Assembly (NCBI GenBank): GCA_017621415.1
Contig: JAGATD010000033.1
Span: forward strand, 5,852-69,851
Reading direction: 5' to 3'
Length of the DNA stretch: 64,000 nucleotides
Origin: Clostridia bacterium
GTDB lineage: Bacteria; Bacillota; Clostridia; Oscillospirales; CAG-272
A program made the translations under genes and the position numbers. This document shows, piece after piece, positions 1 to 8,139 of the stretch. Position 1 is the first letter of the stretch. Each line of letters begins with the position of its first letter. The notes under the pieces were generated by a model, which had not been told where the DNA came from, made no database searches, and worked only from the letters and a program-made list of their open reading frames with translations.

Positions 1-234
1 GTGGTCATCCGCATTTTCAAAACCGGACTGAAGAGTGTTATGGTCTATGTAGGCAACCGAAAGCTCGGTTTTAACTCTGTCTATCTCCATAGCTTCAAGC
101 TGAAGATATGCCATTGTGCCTGTTGCATCCTGAGTAAGCGTCTGGTCTATTTTCAGGGCAATTTCTGAGCCAACGGTCATTTCACCACCCAGAAGATGCT
201 CCTTGATTATTTTTTGTACTATTGAGTATCCCAT
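1..234 (-). CDS. aconitate hydratase, N-terminal fragment (gene continues past the window start)
   Basis: The reverse complement starts with ATG at 232-234. It reads MGYSIVQKIIKEHLLGGEMTVGSEIALKIDQTLTQDATGTMAYLQLEAMEIDRVKTELSVAYIDHNTLQ, which includes the conserved IDQTLTQDATG N-terminus of clostridial-type aconitases. It is absent from the ORF track because there is no stop codon in the window. Confidence 0.7.
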   Translation of the reverse strand, partial: MGYSIVQKIIKEHLLGGEMTVGSEIALKIDQTLTQDATGTMAYLQLEAMEIDRVKTELSVAYIDHNTLQSGFENADDH

Positions 235-264
235 TTTATTTTCCTCTTTTTAATTTTCTGATTT

Positions 265-921
265 TTATTGTTTTTCCACGGCGGAGAGCACACTGTCGAG
301 AGCCGAACTGATATGAGAGGTCATAAGTCGGTCGGCCTCTTCTGCGTTACCGGACTCTATTGCCGAGAGAATTTCTCTATGCTCTTCTACTGATTTTTCA
401 AGTCTATCGCTGACCGTGAGGGAGAGCTTACGGTAAACTCTTATATTGCGGTGAAGCTCCGAGAGAATTTTGTCAAGACGTGGGTTAGATGAAGCGCGAT
501 AGATTATCTCGTGGAACCTTGTGTCAAGCTCCTTTAAGTGCTCGGCGTCTCTTTTCCTAATGTAAAATTCCGAAAGCTCTACCGAGTCCCTCAGGTCTGA
601 TAAGTCCTCTTCAGAAATATTGGAAGCCGCAGCTCTTGAAGCAAGACCCTCAAGCCTCATTCTGATTGTATAGATGTCAACAAGGTCGGTTTCCGAAACA
701 CCAACAACGGTTACACCGCGATTAGCCTCTATTTTCACAAGTCCCTCTTCGGCAAGATGGTGAAGCGCTGCCCTTATCGGTGTGCGGCTTACGCCAAGTC
801 TTGATGAAAGTGAGTTTTCTGTTAGAGATTCACCTTTTTTAAGTTCGCCGTTCAATATCTCTTCCTCGAGCTTTAAGAACACACTTTGCTCAAGAGATTT
901 GGCAAAATTGTCAATAATCAT
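265..921 (-). CDS. GntR-family transcriptional regulator (FadR/FCD-type C-terminal domain)
   Basis: 218-aa ORF. The N-terminal winged-HTH (LSSRLGVSRTPIRAALHHLAEEGLV) is typical of GntR proteins. The helical C-terminal domain looks FCD-like. Confidence 0.8.
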   Translation of the reverse strand: MIIDNFAKSLEQSVFLKLEEEILNGELKKGESLTENSLSSRLGVSRTPIRAALHHLAEEGLVKIEANRGVTVVGVSETDLVDIYTIRMRLEGLASRAAASNISEEDLSDLRDSVELSEFYIRKRDAEHLKELDTRFHEIIYRASSNPRLDKILSELHRNIRVYRKLSLTVSDRLEKSVEEHREILSAIESGNAEEADRLMTSHISSALDSVLSAVEKQ

Positions 922-945
922 TTACAAAACACTCCGTTTTTTGAC

Positions 946-2328
946 TTAATCTACATTAGGTCCGGTAAGCCTTGGATAGTAAAAGTTGATTATTTGCTCA
1001 AGCTCATCATCACCCATAAGTGTTGTTCTTCCGTCTGCGTATAGGCGGTCAATTTCCTCTTTGATCTTAATGACAATAGGATCCTGCTTTGTAACGCCGC
1101 CCTCTTTACCAAGCTTGTAGTGCTTGTTTATCCAATAGGCAATTCCCGAGGTACCGGAGGTGTTGGATATTGCAACTTCAGCGGGACGGTTAAGGATTTT
1201 TTCTGTATCGAAAATGTTGTATATTTCCTGGTCCTTCATAAGGCCGTCTGCGTGAACACCCGCACGGGTAAGATTGAACGCAGAGCCAACAAAGGGAGTC
1301 ATAGGGGGAATATCATAGCCTATTTCGTTTTTGAAGTACTCGGCAATCTCGGTAATAACAGTGGGGTCCATACCGTCAAATGTACCTCTGAGGGCTGCAT
1401 ATTCCATAACCATAGCCTCAAGAGGAATATTACCTGTACGCTCGCCAATACCGAGCAGCGAGCAGTTAACGCTGGAGCAACCGTAAAGCCAGGCATTTAC
1501 TGCATTTGTAACACCGTGGTAGAAGTCGTTGTGACCATGCCACTCAAGCATATCAGACGGAACATTTGCATAATGGTGAAGACCGTAAACGATACCGGGA
1601 ACACTTCGGGGCAGAGCAACACCGGGATAAGAAACACCGTATCCCATTGTGTCACACATTCTGATTTTAACAGGTATTTTTGCTTCGTCAGCAAGCTCGT
1701 GGAGCTCATTTACAAAAGGTACAACGAAGCCGTAGAAGTCGGCGCGCGTGATATCCTCAAGATGGCACCTGGGGCGAATTCCCGCATCAAACGCGCTCTT
1801 TACAACTCCGAGATAGTGGTCAAGAGCCTCTTTTCTCGAAAGACCGAGCTTTTTGAAAATGTGATAATCCGAGCAGGATACAAGAATACCCGTCTCCTTA
1901 ATTCCTATATCGTGAACCAATGCAAAGTCTTCTTTTTTTGCTCTTATCCAGGTTGTTACCTCGGGGAACTCGTATCCAAGCTCCAGACATTTGTATACAG
2001 CGTCTCTGTCCTTTTTTGTATAAACAAAGAATTCGCTCTGGCGCACAAGGCCGTTGGGACCGCCAAGGCGGTGGAGCATCTTATACAAATCCACAATTTG
2101 GGGCGCAGTATAAGGAGCGCGTGACTGCTGTCCGTCACGGAAGGTGGTGTCTGTCATCCAGATGTGCTCAGGCACATCCAGGGGAACGCGACGGTGGTTG
2201 AACGCAACCTTAGGTATCTCGTCATATGGGTATATCTCGCGGTAAAGATTAGGCTCATCAACGTCCTGTAGCGAGTATTTGTACTGAGATTGCTCGAGCA
2301 GGTTTGAGTGTTTGTTCTTCGCAAGCAT
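946..2328 (-). CDS. Re-citrate synthase-like enzyme (homocitrate/2-isopropylmalate synthase HMGL family)
   Basis: 460-aa ORF with HMGL-family motifs TDTTFRDGQQ and HGHNDFYHGVTNAVNAWLYG. It is about the length of clostridial Re-face citrate synthases and is co-oriented with an aconitase gene. The family call is confident. The Re-citrate synthase function rests on context. Confidence 0.6.
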   Translation of the reverse strand: MLAKNKHSNLLEQSQYKYSLQDVDEPNLYREIYPYDEIPKVAFNHRRVPLDVPEHIWMTDTTFRDGQQSRAPYTAPQIVDLYKMLHRLGGPNGLVRQSEFFVYTKKDRDAVYKCLELGYEFPEVTTWIRAKKEDFALVHDIGIKETGILVSCSDYHIFKKLGLSRKEALDHYLGVVKSAFDAGIRPRCHLEDITRADFYGFVVPFVNELHELADEAKIPVKIRMCDTMGYGVSYPGVALPRSVPGIVYGLHHYANVPSDMLEWHGHNDFYHGVTNAVNAWLYGCSSVNCSLLGIGERTGNIPLEAMVMEYAALRGTFDGMDPTVITEIAEYFKNEIGYDIPPMTPFVGSAFNLTRAGVHADGLMKDQEIYNIFDTEKILNRPAEVAISNTSGTSGIAYWINKHYKLGKEGGVTKQDPIVIKIKEEIDRLYADGRTTLMGDDELEQIINFYYPRLTGPNVD

Positions 2329-2360
2329 AGTAGTTTCCTTTTCTTTCCTAGATTTTTAAA

Positions 2361-2370
2361 TTGTATACAA
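2361..2370. promoter_or_regulatory. candidate GntR operator: perfect 10-bp palindrome TTGTATACAA, with an adjacent TTGTAT half-site
   Basis: In the sense direction the sequence is acTTGTATtcTTGTATACAA. It lies roughly +15 to +24 from the predicted -10 of the citrate synthase operon promoter. It fits the generic GntR-family GT-Nx-AC operator pattern. Confidence 0.4.
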
Positions 2371-2390
2371 GAATACAAGTATTTTTTATC

Positions 2391-2419
2391 ATTATACTAT
2401 GAATGAAAAAACTTGTCAA
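2391..2419 (-). promoter_or_regulatory. sigma-A promoter of the citrate synthase-GntR-aconitase operon
   Basis: The minus strand reads TTGACA-17 nt-TATAAT (ttgacaagttttttcattcatagtataat), about 60 nt upstream of the ATG at 2328. Confidence 0.6.
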
Positions 2420-2514
2420 GGGTTTTTTGAAAAAATATACAAAAGAAGAATAACATTTTGTTAAGTAATGTACATACAATAACATTAAAAATTATTAAAA
2501 CCGTTGTTTGGGTA

Positions 2515-2543
2515 TTGACTTTTAAATTCTTTGGTGGTATCAT
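2515..2543 (+). promoter_or_regulatory. sigma-A promoter (extended -10) for the small lipoprotein gene
   Basis: TTGACT-17 nt-TATCAT, with TGg immediately upstream of the -10 (ttgacttttaaattctttggtggtatcat). Confidence 0.5.
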
Positions 2544-2595
2544 CTTCCTAAACGGGAGAGTATTATCTCGTAATTTTTCAAAAGGAGAACAAAAA

Positions 2596-2949
2596 ATGAA
2601 AAAAATTGTATCTGGCATTCTCGTTTGCGTAATGCTTATCGGTTGCGTATTCGCTCTCGCATCCTGCGGTAAGACTCTTAACGGTTCCTATGCTGATGAG
2701 CTTACAGGTCTTACAACATATACCTTTGAGGGTAACAAGGTTACTGTATCTGTAGGCGCAGGCAATTTCGCTAAGACCTTCGAGGGAACTTACGAAATCA
2801 AGACCAATGACAAGGAAGAAGAGGTTATCGCTTTCACATTCGAGGGAGATGGCTCTGATAAGTATACCGGAGAGTATGCTTTTGTAGAAGGAACCGAGGG
2901 TGACAAGGAATACATAAAAATCGGTATTGCTAAGTACATCAAGAAGTAA
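2596..2949 (+). CDS. small lipoprotein, function unknown
   Basis: An internal ATG at 2596 is preceded by AAAGGAGAA. The protein starts MKKIVSGILVCVMLIGCVFALASCGK, a signal peptide with lipobox LASC. The ORF-track start at 2458 is judged an upstream extension. Confidence 0.75.
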   Translation: MKKIVSGILVCVMLIGCVFALASCGKTLNGSYADELTGLTTYTFEGNKVTVSVGAGNFAKTFEGTYEIKTNDKEEEVIAFTFEGDGSDKYTGEYAFVEGTEGDKEYIKIGIAKYIKK

Positions 2950-2963
2950 TTAACATTTCGTAA

Positions 2964-2999
2964 GACTGTCGCAAAAACAGCGGCAGTCTTTTCTTTTTT
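2964..2999 (+). terminator. intrinsic terminator
   Basis: Hairpin gactgtcgc/gcggcagtc followed by a T-run (ttttctttttt). Confidence 0.7.
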
Positions 3000-3102
3000 C
3001 GAAAGTTGCTTGACTAAATTCTAATTTTATATTGACTATCGCTTTATTTTGTGCTAAAATAGATTGTACAAAACGGTTTTCTTACGGAAAGGAACTATTA
3101 TA

Positions 3103-3423
3103 ATGAAAAGAATTATTTCAACAATACTTATATGCGTGCTTCTTCTTGGCGCAATACTTACACTTGTGTCCTGCGGTGGAGGTATAGACAACGGCACATA
3201 TGTAAGCGGTAAGAGCGTGGTAGAAATCTCCGGCAGCGAATTTATTATAACAACCGAAGAAGACGGAGAGCTTACTTATACTTATGAAATAAAGAACGAT
3301 GAGGCTGATTCCTCAAAGCAAAAGATTTTCCTTACAGGCAGCGACGGTAAGACTCACGAGTACTACTACGTACGTCTTGAGGAAGGCTTCAAGTTTAATG
3401 GTATAACCTATACAAAAAGATAA
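3103..3423 (+). CDS. small lipoprotein, paralogue-like to 2596..2949
   Basis: ATG at 3103. The protein starts MKRIISTILICVLLLGAILTLVSCGG (lipobox LVSC). It shares the TYEIK-ND theme with the upstream lipoprotein. Confidence 0.75.
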   Translation: MKRIISTILICVLLLGAILTLVSCGGGIDNGTYVSGKSVVEISGSEFIITTEEDGELTYTYEIKNDEADSSKQKIFLTGSDGKTHEYYYVRLEEGFKFNGITYTKR

Positions 3424-3441
3424 TTTAAATACGGGTTGAAC

Positions 3442-3475
3442 AAAAAAGAACAGACTTTGCGGTCTGTTCTTTTTC
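3442..3475. terminator. bidirectional intrinsic terminator between the lipoprotein gene and trpS
   Basis: Hairpin agaacagac/gtctgttct, flanked by an A-run upstream and a T-run downstream. Confidence 0.7.
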
Positions 3476-3501
3476 TATTGTTGTTTGGGATTTTGACTAT
3501 C

Positions 3502-4497
3502 TTAGTTTACAAAACCAATCTTTCTTCTAACCTTGGACATAGTTTTGCGAGCATAATATGCGGCTTCGTCTGCGCCGTTTTTCATAACAGATTCCAGGTG
3601 GGCCTTGTCTGCCATAAGGCGGGCAAACTCTTCTCTCACGGGAGCGAGGCCGTCAGCGCAAGCCTCTCCGACAGCCATTTTGAAATCGCCATAGCCGCGA
3701 CCGTCAAATTCGCGCTCAATATCCTCAAAGCTCTTGCCTGTGAATGCGTGGTAAATTGTCATAAGGTTGGATACACCCGGCTTATCCTCGGAAAATCTTA
3801 CAGAAGCCTCAGAGTCTGTAACAGCCTTTTTAAATTTACGCATAATGTCATCCTTAGAGTCCAGGATACGTACAACTGCGTTGTCATTGGGGTCGGATTT
3901 TGACATTTTGGCAGTCGGCTCCTGAAGAGACATTATCTTCATTGTATCTGTGGGAATATAGCTTTCGGGTACAGTAAACGTGTCACCATACACCTGGTTG
4001 AAGCGCTCGGCAATATCGCGGGCAAGCTCCAAATGCTGTTTTTGGTCAACACCTGTCGGCACAACATCGGTTTGGTAAAGGAGAATGTCTGCCGCCATCA
4101 GCGCCGGGTAAGTAAAGAGGCCCGCGTTAATATTTTCGGCATGCTTTTGGCTCTTATCCTTAAATTGGGTCATTCGAGACAGCTCACCAAACATAGTGTA
4201 ACAGTCGAGTATCCAGCCAAGCTCCGCATGAGCCGGCACGTGTGACTGAACAAACAGAGTGTTCTTTTTTTCATCAAGACCGCAAGCCATATATAACGCA
4301 AGAGTCTCGTAGGTTCTGCGTCTAAGCTCGGCAGGAACCTGCCTTACGGTTATTGCGTGAAGGTCAACAACGCAATAAAAGGTTTTGTAATCCTCTGAGA
4401 AGCGAGAAAAATTCTTTATTGCGCCAAGATAGTTGCCTATTGTAAGGTTTCCTGAGGGCTGAACTCCGGAGAAAACAATTTTTTTGTCAGCTAACAT
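3502..4497 (-). CDS. trpS: tryptophan--tRNA ligase
   Basis: 331-aa ORF. N-terminus FSGVQPSGNLTIGNYLGA (class I HIGH-region equivalent) and a KMSKS motif (AKMSKSDPN). Confidence 0.95.
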   Translation of the reverse strand: MLADKKIVFSGVQPSGNLTIGNYLGAIKNFSRFSEDYKTFYCVVDLHAITVRQVPAELRRRTYETLALYMACGLDEKKNTLFVQSHVPAHAELGWILDCYTMFGELSRMTQFKDKSQKHAENINAGLFTYPALMAADILLYQTDVVPTGVDQKQHLELARDIAERFNQVYGDTFTVPESYIPTDTMKIMSLQEPTAKMSKSDPNDNAVVRILDSKDDIMRKFKKAVTDSEASVRFSEDKPGVSNLMTIYHAFTGKSFEDIEREFDGRGYGDFKMAVGEACADGLAPVREEFARLMADKAHLESVMKNGADEAAYYARKTMSKVRRKIGFVN

Positions 4498-4547
4498 AAA
4501 TATAAGTCCTTTCGGTCAATTTGGACCATACGAAAATTATATGTAAG

Positions 4548-4576
4548 ATTATACACTTATTTTTCAGGTTTGTCAA
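4548..4576 (-). promoter_or_regulatory. sigma-A promoter of trpS
   Basis: The minus strand reads TTGACA-17 nt-TATAAT (ttgacaaacctgaaaaataagtgtataat). The leader is only about 45 nt. Confidence 0.6.
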
Positions 4577-4785
4577 CACGTAGTTGTTTTTTTGTTGACA
4601 TAAGTCTGCGCTTTGAAAGGAAAAGCAACAAAACGCCGTTTTCGTAAAGCAGGTTTAAAAAAATTAATGCCTCGGTAAATAATAATATTAAAATGTTCAT
4701 ACTTTATTTATAATTATATGTTATAATCATCTGGTATAATTTATGAATTTATGCTGCTTTGGCGCGGCAGAACGGAGTAAAACAT

Positions 4786-5763
4786 ATGATAAAAGCTGAA
4801 AACCTTGTGAAAAGGTACGGTTCGAATTACGCACTTAACGATGTAAGCTTTGAAATAGGTGAGGGAGAAATAGTCGGTCTTCTCGGTCCTAACGGAGCGG
4901 GTAAAAGTACTGCTATGAATATATTGACAGGCTATCTTTCGGCGACATCGGGCTCGGTTAGCATAAACGGTGTTGATATTCTTGAGCATCCCATCGACGC
5001 AAAGAAAAATATAGGATTTTTACCCGAGCAGCCTCCGGTTTATCCTGAGATGACGGTAATAGAATACCTCAATTTCGTTTACGAGCTTAAGGGCTGCGAT
5101 CTTGACAGGGAGGCTCACATTAACGAAATTCTTTCGGTAGCTAAGCTTGTTGATGTCAAAAAAAGACTTATAAAGAACCTGTCTAAGGGATATCGCCAGC
5201 GTGTAGGAATTGCACAGGCGCTTGTGGGCGACCCTAAGATAATAATATTTGACGAGCCAACGGTAGGTCTTGACCCTAAGCAGATTCTTGAGGTCAGAAA
5301 TCTTATAAGAACTCTCGGCCGTAGGCATACAGTCATTCTGTCTACACACATTCTTGCCGAGGTGCAGGCTGTTTGCGAGAGGGTAATAATTATTAACAAG
5401 GGTAATATAATTGCCGACGCCAAGACCTCGGAGCTGACAAAAACGATCGAGGGCGGTTATCGTTACGAAATTAAAATCTGCGCTCAGCCAAAGGATGTTA
5501 TTCCCGTTATAAGCGCTCTCGGCTCGGTTAAGAAAATAGAGTCAACCGGAGCAAAGGATGCAGATGCGTTTATCTACATAGTTGAGAGTACTCCGGGTGT
5601 TGATATGAGAAAGCAGCTGTTTTCAGCCTGCTCATCAAACCAGTGGCCTATTATCGGACTTTCTGCCGTAGGCACCGACCTTGAAACCATATTTATCAAT
5701 CTTGTTGACCGTTCCGAAGAGGTTACCGGCGGAAAGAAAAACAAGACTAGAAGAGCTCATTAA
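4786..5763 (+). CDS. ABC-2-type transporter ATP-binding protein (GldA-like)
   Basis: ATG at 4786 follows GGAG. Walker A GPNGAGKST, signature LSKGYRQRV, Walker B IIIFDEPTVGLD, plus a C-terminal accessory domain. The ORF-track start at 4759 is judged an extension. Confidence 0.9.
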   Translation: MIKAENLVKRYGSNYALNDVSFEIGEGEIVGLLGPNGAGKSTAMNILTGYLSATSGSVSINGVDILEHPIDAKKNIGFLPEQPPVYPEMTVIEYLNFVYELKGCDLDREAHINEILSVAKLVDVKKRLIKNLSKGYRQRVGIAQALVGDPKIIIFDEPTVGLDPKQILEVRNLIRTLGRRHTVILSTHILAEVQAVCERVIIINKGNIIADAKTSELTKTIEGGYRYEIKICAQPKDVIPVISALGSVKKIESTGAKDADAFIYIVESTPGVDMRKQLFSACSSNQWPIIGLSAVGTDLETIFINLVDRSEEVTGGKKNKTRRAH

Positions 5764-5777
5764 GGAGAAAAGAAAAG

Positions 5778-6488
5778 ATGTTAGCAGTATTTAAAAGGGA
5801 GCTGCGCTCCTATTTCACCGGCGTTGTCGGATATGTTTTTATGGTAGTATTTCTTGTTGTTGCGGCAGCTGTGTTCTGCTTTACCACGCTGTTTTCCATG
5901 TCGGCTGATGTAACTACTTATTTCACGGTTATGCTTTTATTTTCGGCCATAATTCTCCCGCTTCTTACTATGAAGTCCTTTAGTGAAGAGAGAAAGCTTA
6001 AGACAGAGCAGCTTATACTTACCGCTCCCGTTTCTCTTACGGGAATGGTTATAGGCAAATTCCTTGCGGCTTATGTTATGTTTGCATCTGCTCTTGTGTT
6101 CACCTCACTTTATTTCCTTTTACTCATTCCTTACGCAATAACATTCAGAGTTGCGGTTCTTTTCGGTAATATTATCGCTCTTTTGCTTGTTGGAGCCGCG
6201 TTTATTTCTATCGGACTTTTTGTATCCTCTCTTACAGAAAATCAGCTTTCCGCTGCGATAGGAACAATAGCTATCATTCTCGGATTTCTTGTTGTGGGGC
6301 TGCTTTCAAGCCTTATCCCCTCAAATTATGTTGCAAGGTACATCCTTGATTCGGTATCTATATTCTCAAGATTCAGCGCGTTTACCGCAGGCTATTTTGA
6401 TTTCTCTGCGATAATATTCTACATTTCGCTCTCTGCGCTGTTTGTTTATCTTACGGTGCGTATATACGATCGCAGAAGATACAACTAA
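5778..6488 (+). CDS. ABC-2 family permease (GldF-like)
   Basis: 236-aa polytopic hydrophobic ORF immediately downstream of the ATPase gene, preceded by RBS AAGGAG. Confidence 0.8.
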   Translation: MLAVFKRELRSYFTGVVGYVFMVVFLVVAAAVFCFTTLFSMSADVTTYFTVMLLFSAIILPLLTMKSFSEERKLKTEQLILTAPVSLTGMVIGKFLAAYVMFASALVFTSLYFLLLIPYAITFRVAVLFGNIIALLLVGAAFISIGLFVSSLTENQLSAAIGTIAIILGFLVVGLLSSLIPSNYVARYILDSVSIFSRFSAFTAGYFDFSAIIFYISLSALFVYLTVRIYDRRRYN

Positions 6489-6523
6489 AAGTAAAAACCT
6501 TTAGGTAAGGAAATTCTTAAGCT

Positions 6524-8134
6524 ATGAACAAATTTAAGAAATCGTTTGACAGAATGGTCCGCAGCCGAAACTTTTCTCCAACGATAGTTACGGCGCTGAT
6601 AATTGCGGCCTTTCTAATATCAAATGCCCTGATATATATGGTATACGCATATACCAGATCGTCATCCTCTACGGTTGAGCAGGAGGATCTTTCTATAAGT
6701 GATGCTGCAAAAGAGGTTTTGGATGAGGCAAAGAGTGCCGGAAAGAAAATAACAGTTACTTTCTGCATGAGCGAGGCGGATATACAAAATCATGACAGAG
6801 GCAGCTTTGTTTACAGAACAGCTAAATATTTTGAAAATAAATATTCTCCAAATGATGATTTTATCACTCTCAGATTTGCAAACATTTACACATTCGAGTA
6901 CGATGATCCGGTTATAGAGAACGGGGTGCGTCAGAGGTTTGACCCAACAGCATATCAAAAAGTAAAGCGTACTTATGCATCCGGCAGTAACGATAAAGAA
7001 GAGTATGACGAATATGTGATAAGCACATCTACCGTTATTTTCGAATGTGATGTTTTTGGTATAGCGGGTGAGCTTGTAAAAACCAATACAAGAGTTGTTT
7101 CGAGTCTTGGCGGAGCATATGCTGATTTCTTCACTCTTGACGGCAGTAACAACATAACATCCTACAATGGTGAAGAATATTTCACCGCCATGCTATACTG
7201 GGTGCTTGCGGATGCCCACGATGTCGCTTATTTTACAATAGGTCACGGTGAGAATCCCAGCGCAAATCTGTACACAGCGCTTATTTGCGCAGGATATTAC
7301 GTAGATGAGCTTAATTTGCGTAAATCGAATGTCCCTGACAATGCGGGGCTTGTGGTAATATGCAACCCCAAAACCGATTTTGAGAGTTCGACAAACGACG
7401 ATTTCCCAAGCGAAATTGCAAGACTTGCCGATTATGCCGACAAGGGCGGAAACTTTTATGTGGTTATTGACCCTGTTGCAAAAAAGCTGCCCGCTATCGA
7501 GCGCTTTGCTGCCGAGGAGTTTGGAATAAGTATAAAGGCTGATGCGGACGGCAATCGCTTTATGGTAAAGGACCTTAACAACAGCATCAGTGTATCCGGC
7601 TTTACCGGATTCACCCTTGCGGCGGAGTATGCCGACACCGAGCTTGGCGCGCTTATAAAGGACAAGCTCAGCGAGTATGGCGAAAACATTGTCGTAAATG
7701 ATACTGCGGCATTAAACTGCGATGAAAGTCTTGGAGCCAGCGCTATTTTGCAGTCCTCCTCTTCATCGGGGCTTGATGTTGGCGGCCGTGATGCGTCTGC
7801 ACCCGGGCCTCACACTCTTGTAGCCTATTCAGAGAGGGAAAATACGTATAACGAGTCTGCAAAAATGGTGTTTGTCCCCAGCATATATCTTACAGCGAAC
7901 GATGTCATGGTTAGTAACAGATATGCTAACAAGGACTTTATGTATTCTATCTTCGAAGTGTTCTGTGATGAAGGAACTATGCCTTATGGCATAGATTGCG
8001 TTGCTATGCAGGAGGAAAGGCTTGAGGACCTTACCTTTGGCACAGCTATGCTGTACACGTCTATACTTATGGCCATTCCTGTAGCAGTTGCCGCAGGAGG
8101 CGCCGCAATTATCTTAAGAAGAAAGAACAGATAG
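6524..8134 (+). CDS. GldG-like ABC-transporter auxiliary protein, copy 1
   Basis: 536 aa with one TM helix at each end. It carries the motifs VAYFTIGHGE and LVVICNPKTDF, which are shared with the next gene and characteristic of the GldG/ABC_transp_aux family. Confidence 0.65.
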   Translation: MNKFKKSFDRMVRSRNFSPTIVTALIIAAFLISNALIYMVYAYTRSSSSTVEQEDLSISDAAKEVLDEAKSAGKKITVTFCMSEADIQNHDRGSFVYRTAKYFENKYSPNDDFITLRFANIYTFEYDDPVIENGVRQRFDPTAYQKVKRTYASGSNDKEEYDEYVISTSTVIFECDVFGIAGELVKTNTRVVSSLGGAYADFFTLDGSNNITSYNGEEYFTAMLYWVLADAHDVAYFTIGHGENPSANLYTALICAGYYVDELNLRKSNVPDNAGLVVICNPKTDFESSTNDDFPSEIARLADYADKGGNFYVVIDPVAKKLPAIERFAAEEFGISIKADADGNRFMVKDLNNSISVSGFTGFTLAAEYADTELGALIKDKLSEYGENIVVNDTAALNCDESLGASAILQSSSSSGLDVGGRDASAPGPHTLVAYSERENTYNESAKMVFVPSIYLTANDVMVSNRYANKDFMYSIFEVFCDEGTMPYGIDCVAMQEERLEDLTFGTAMLYTSILMAIPVAVAAGGAAIILRRKNR

Positions 8135-8139
8135 AACTA

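Noticed and set aside
1120-2124. 334-aa plus-strand ORF inside the citrate synthase gene
   Set aside because: It is entirely antisense to a well-supported, motif-rich CDS. It has no RBS and its translation is low-complexity and Cys/Asn/Val-rich. It is a shadow ORF.
2458-2595. Long N-terminal extensions offered by the ORF track for many genes, including 2458, 3064, 4759, 17755, 19488, 42778 and 47399
   Set aside because: In each case an internal ATG, GTG or TTG with a proper SD coincides with the conserved N-terminus or signal peptide. The extension overlaps promoter, leader or terminator sequence.
4498-4547. Expected T-box leader upstream of trpS
   Set aside because: The consensus promoter sits only about 45 nt from the ATG, and no GGGTGGTACCGCG-type sequence occurs on the minus strand here. 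No T-box is present.
4571-4600. Inverted repeat TGTCAAC...GTTGACA around the trpS -35
   Set aside because: The arms are only 7 bp and are separated by 16 nt. One arm is simply the -35 hexamer. This is too weak to call an operator.
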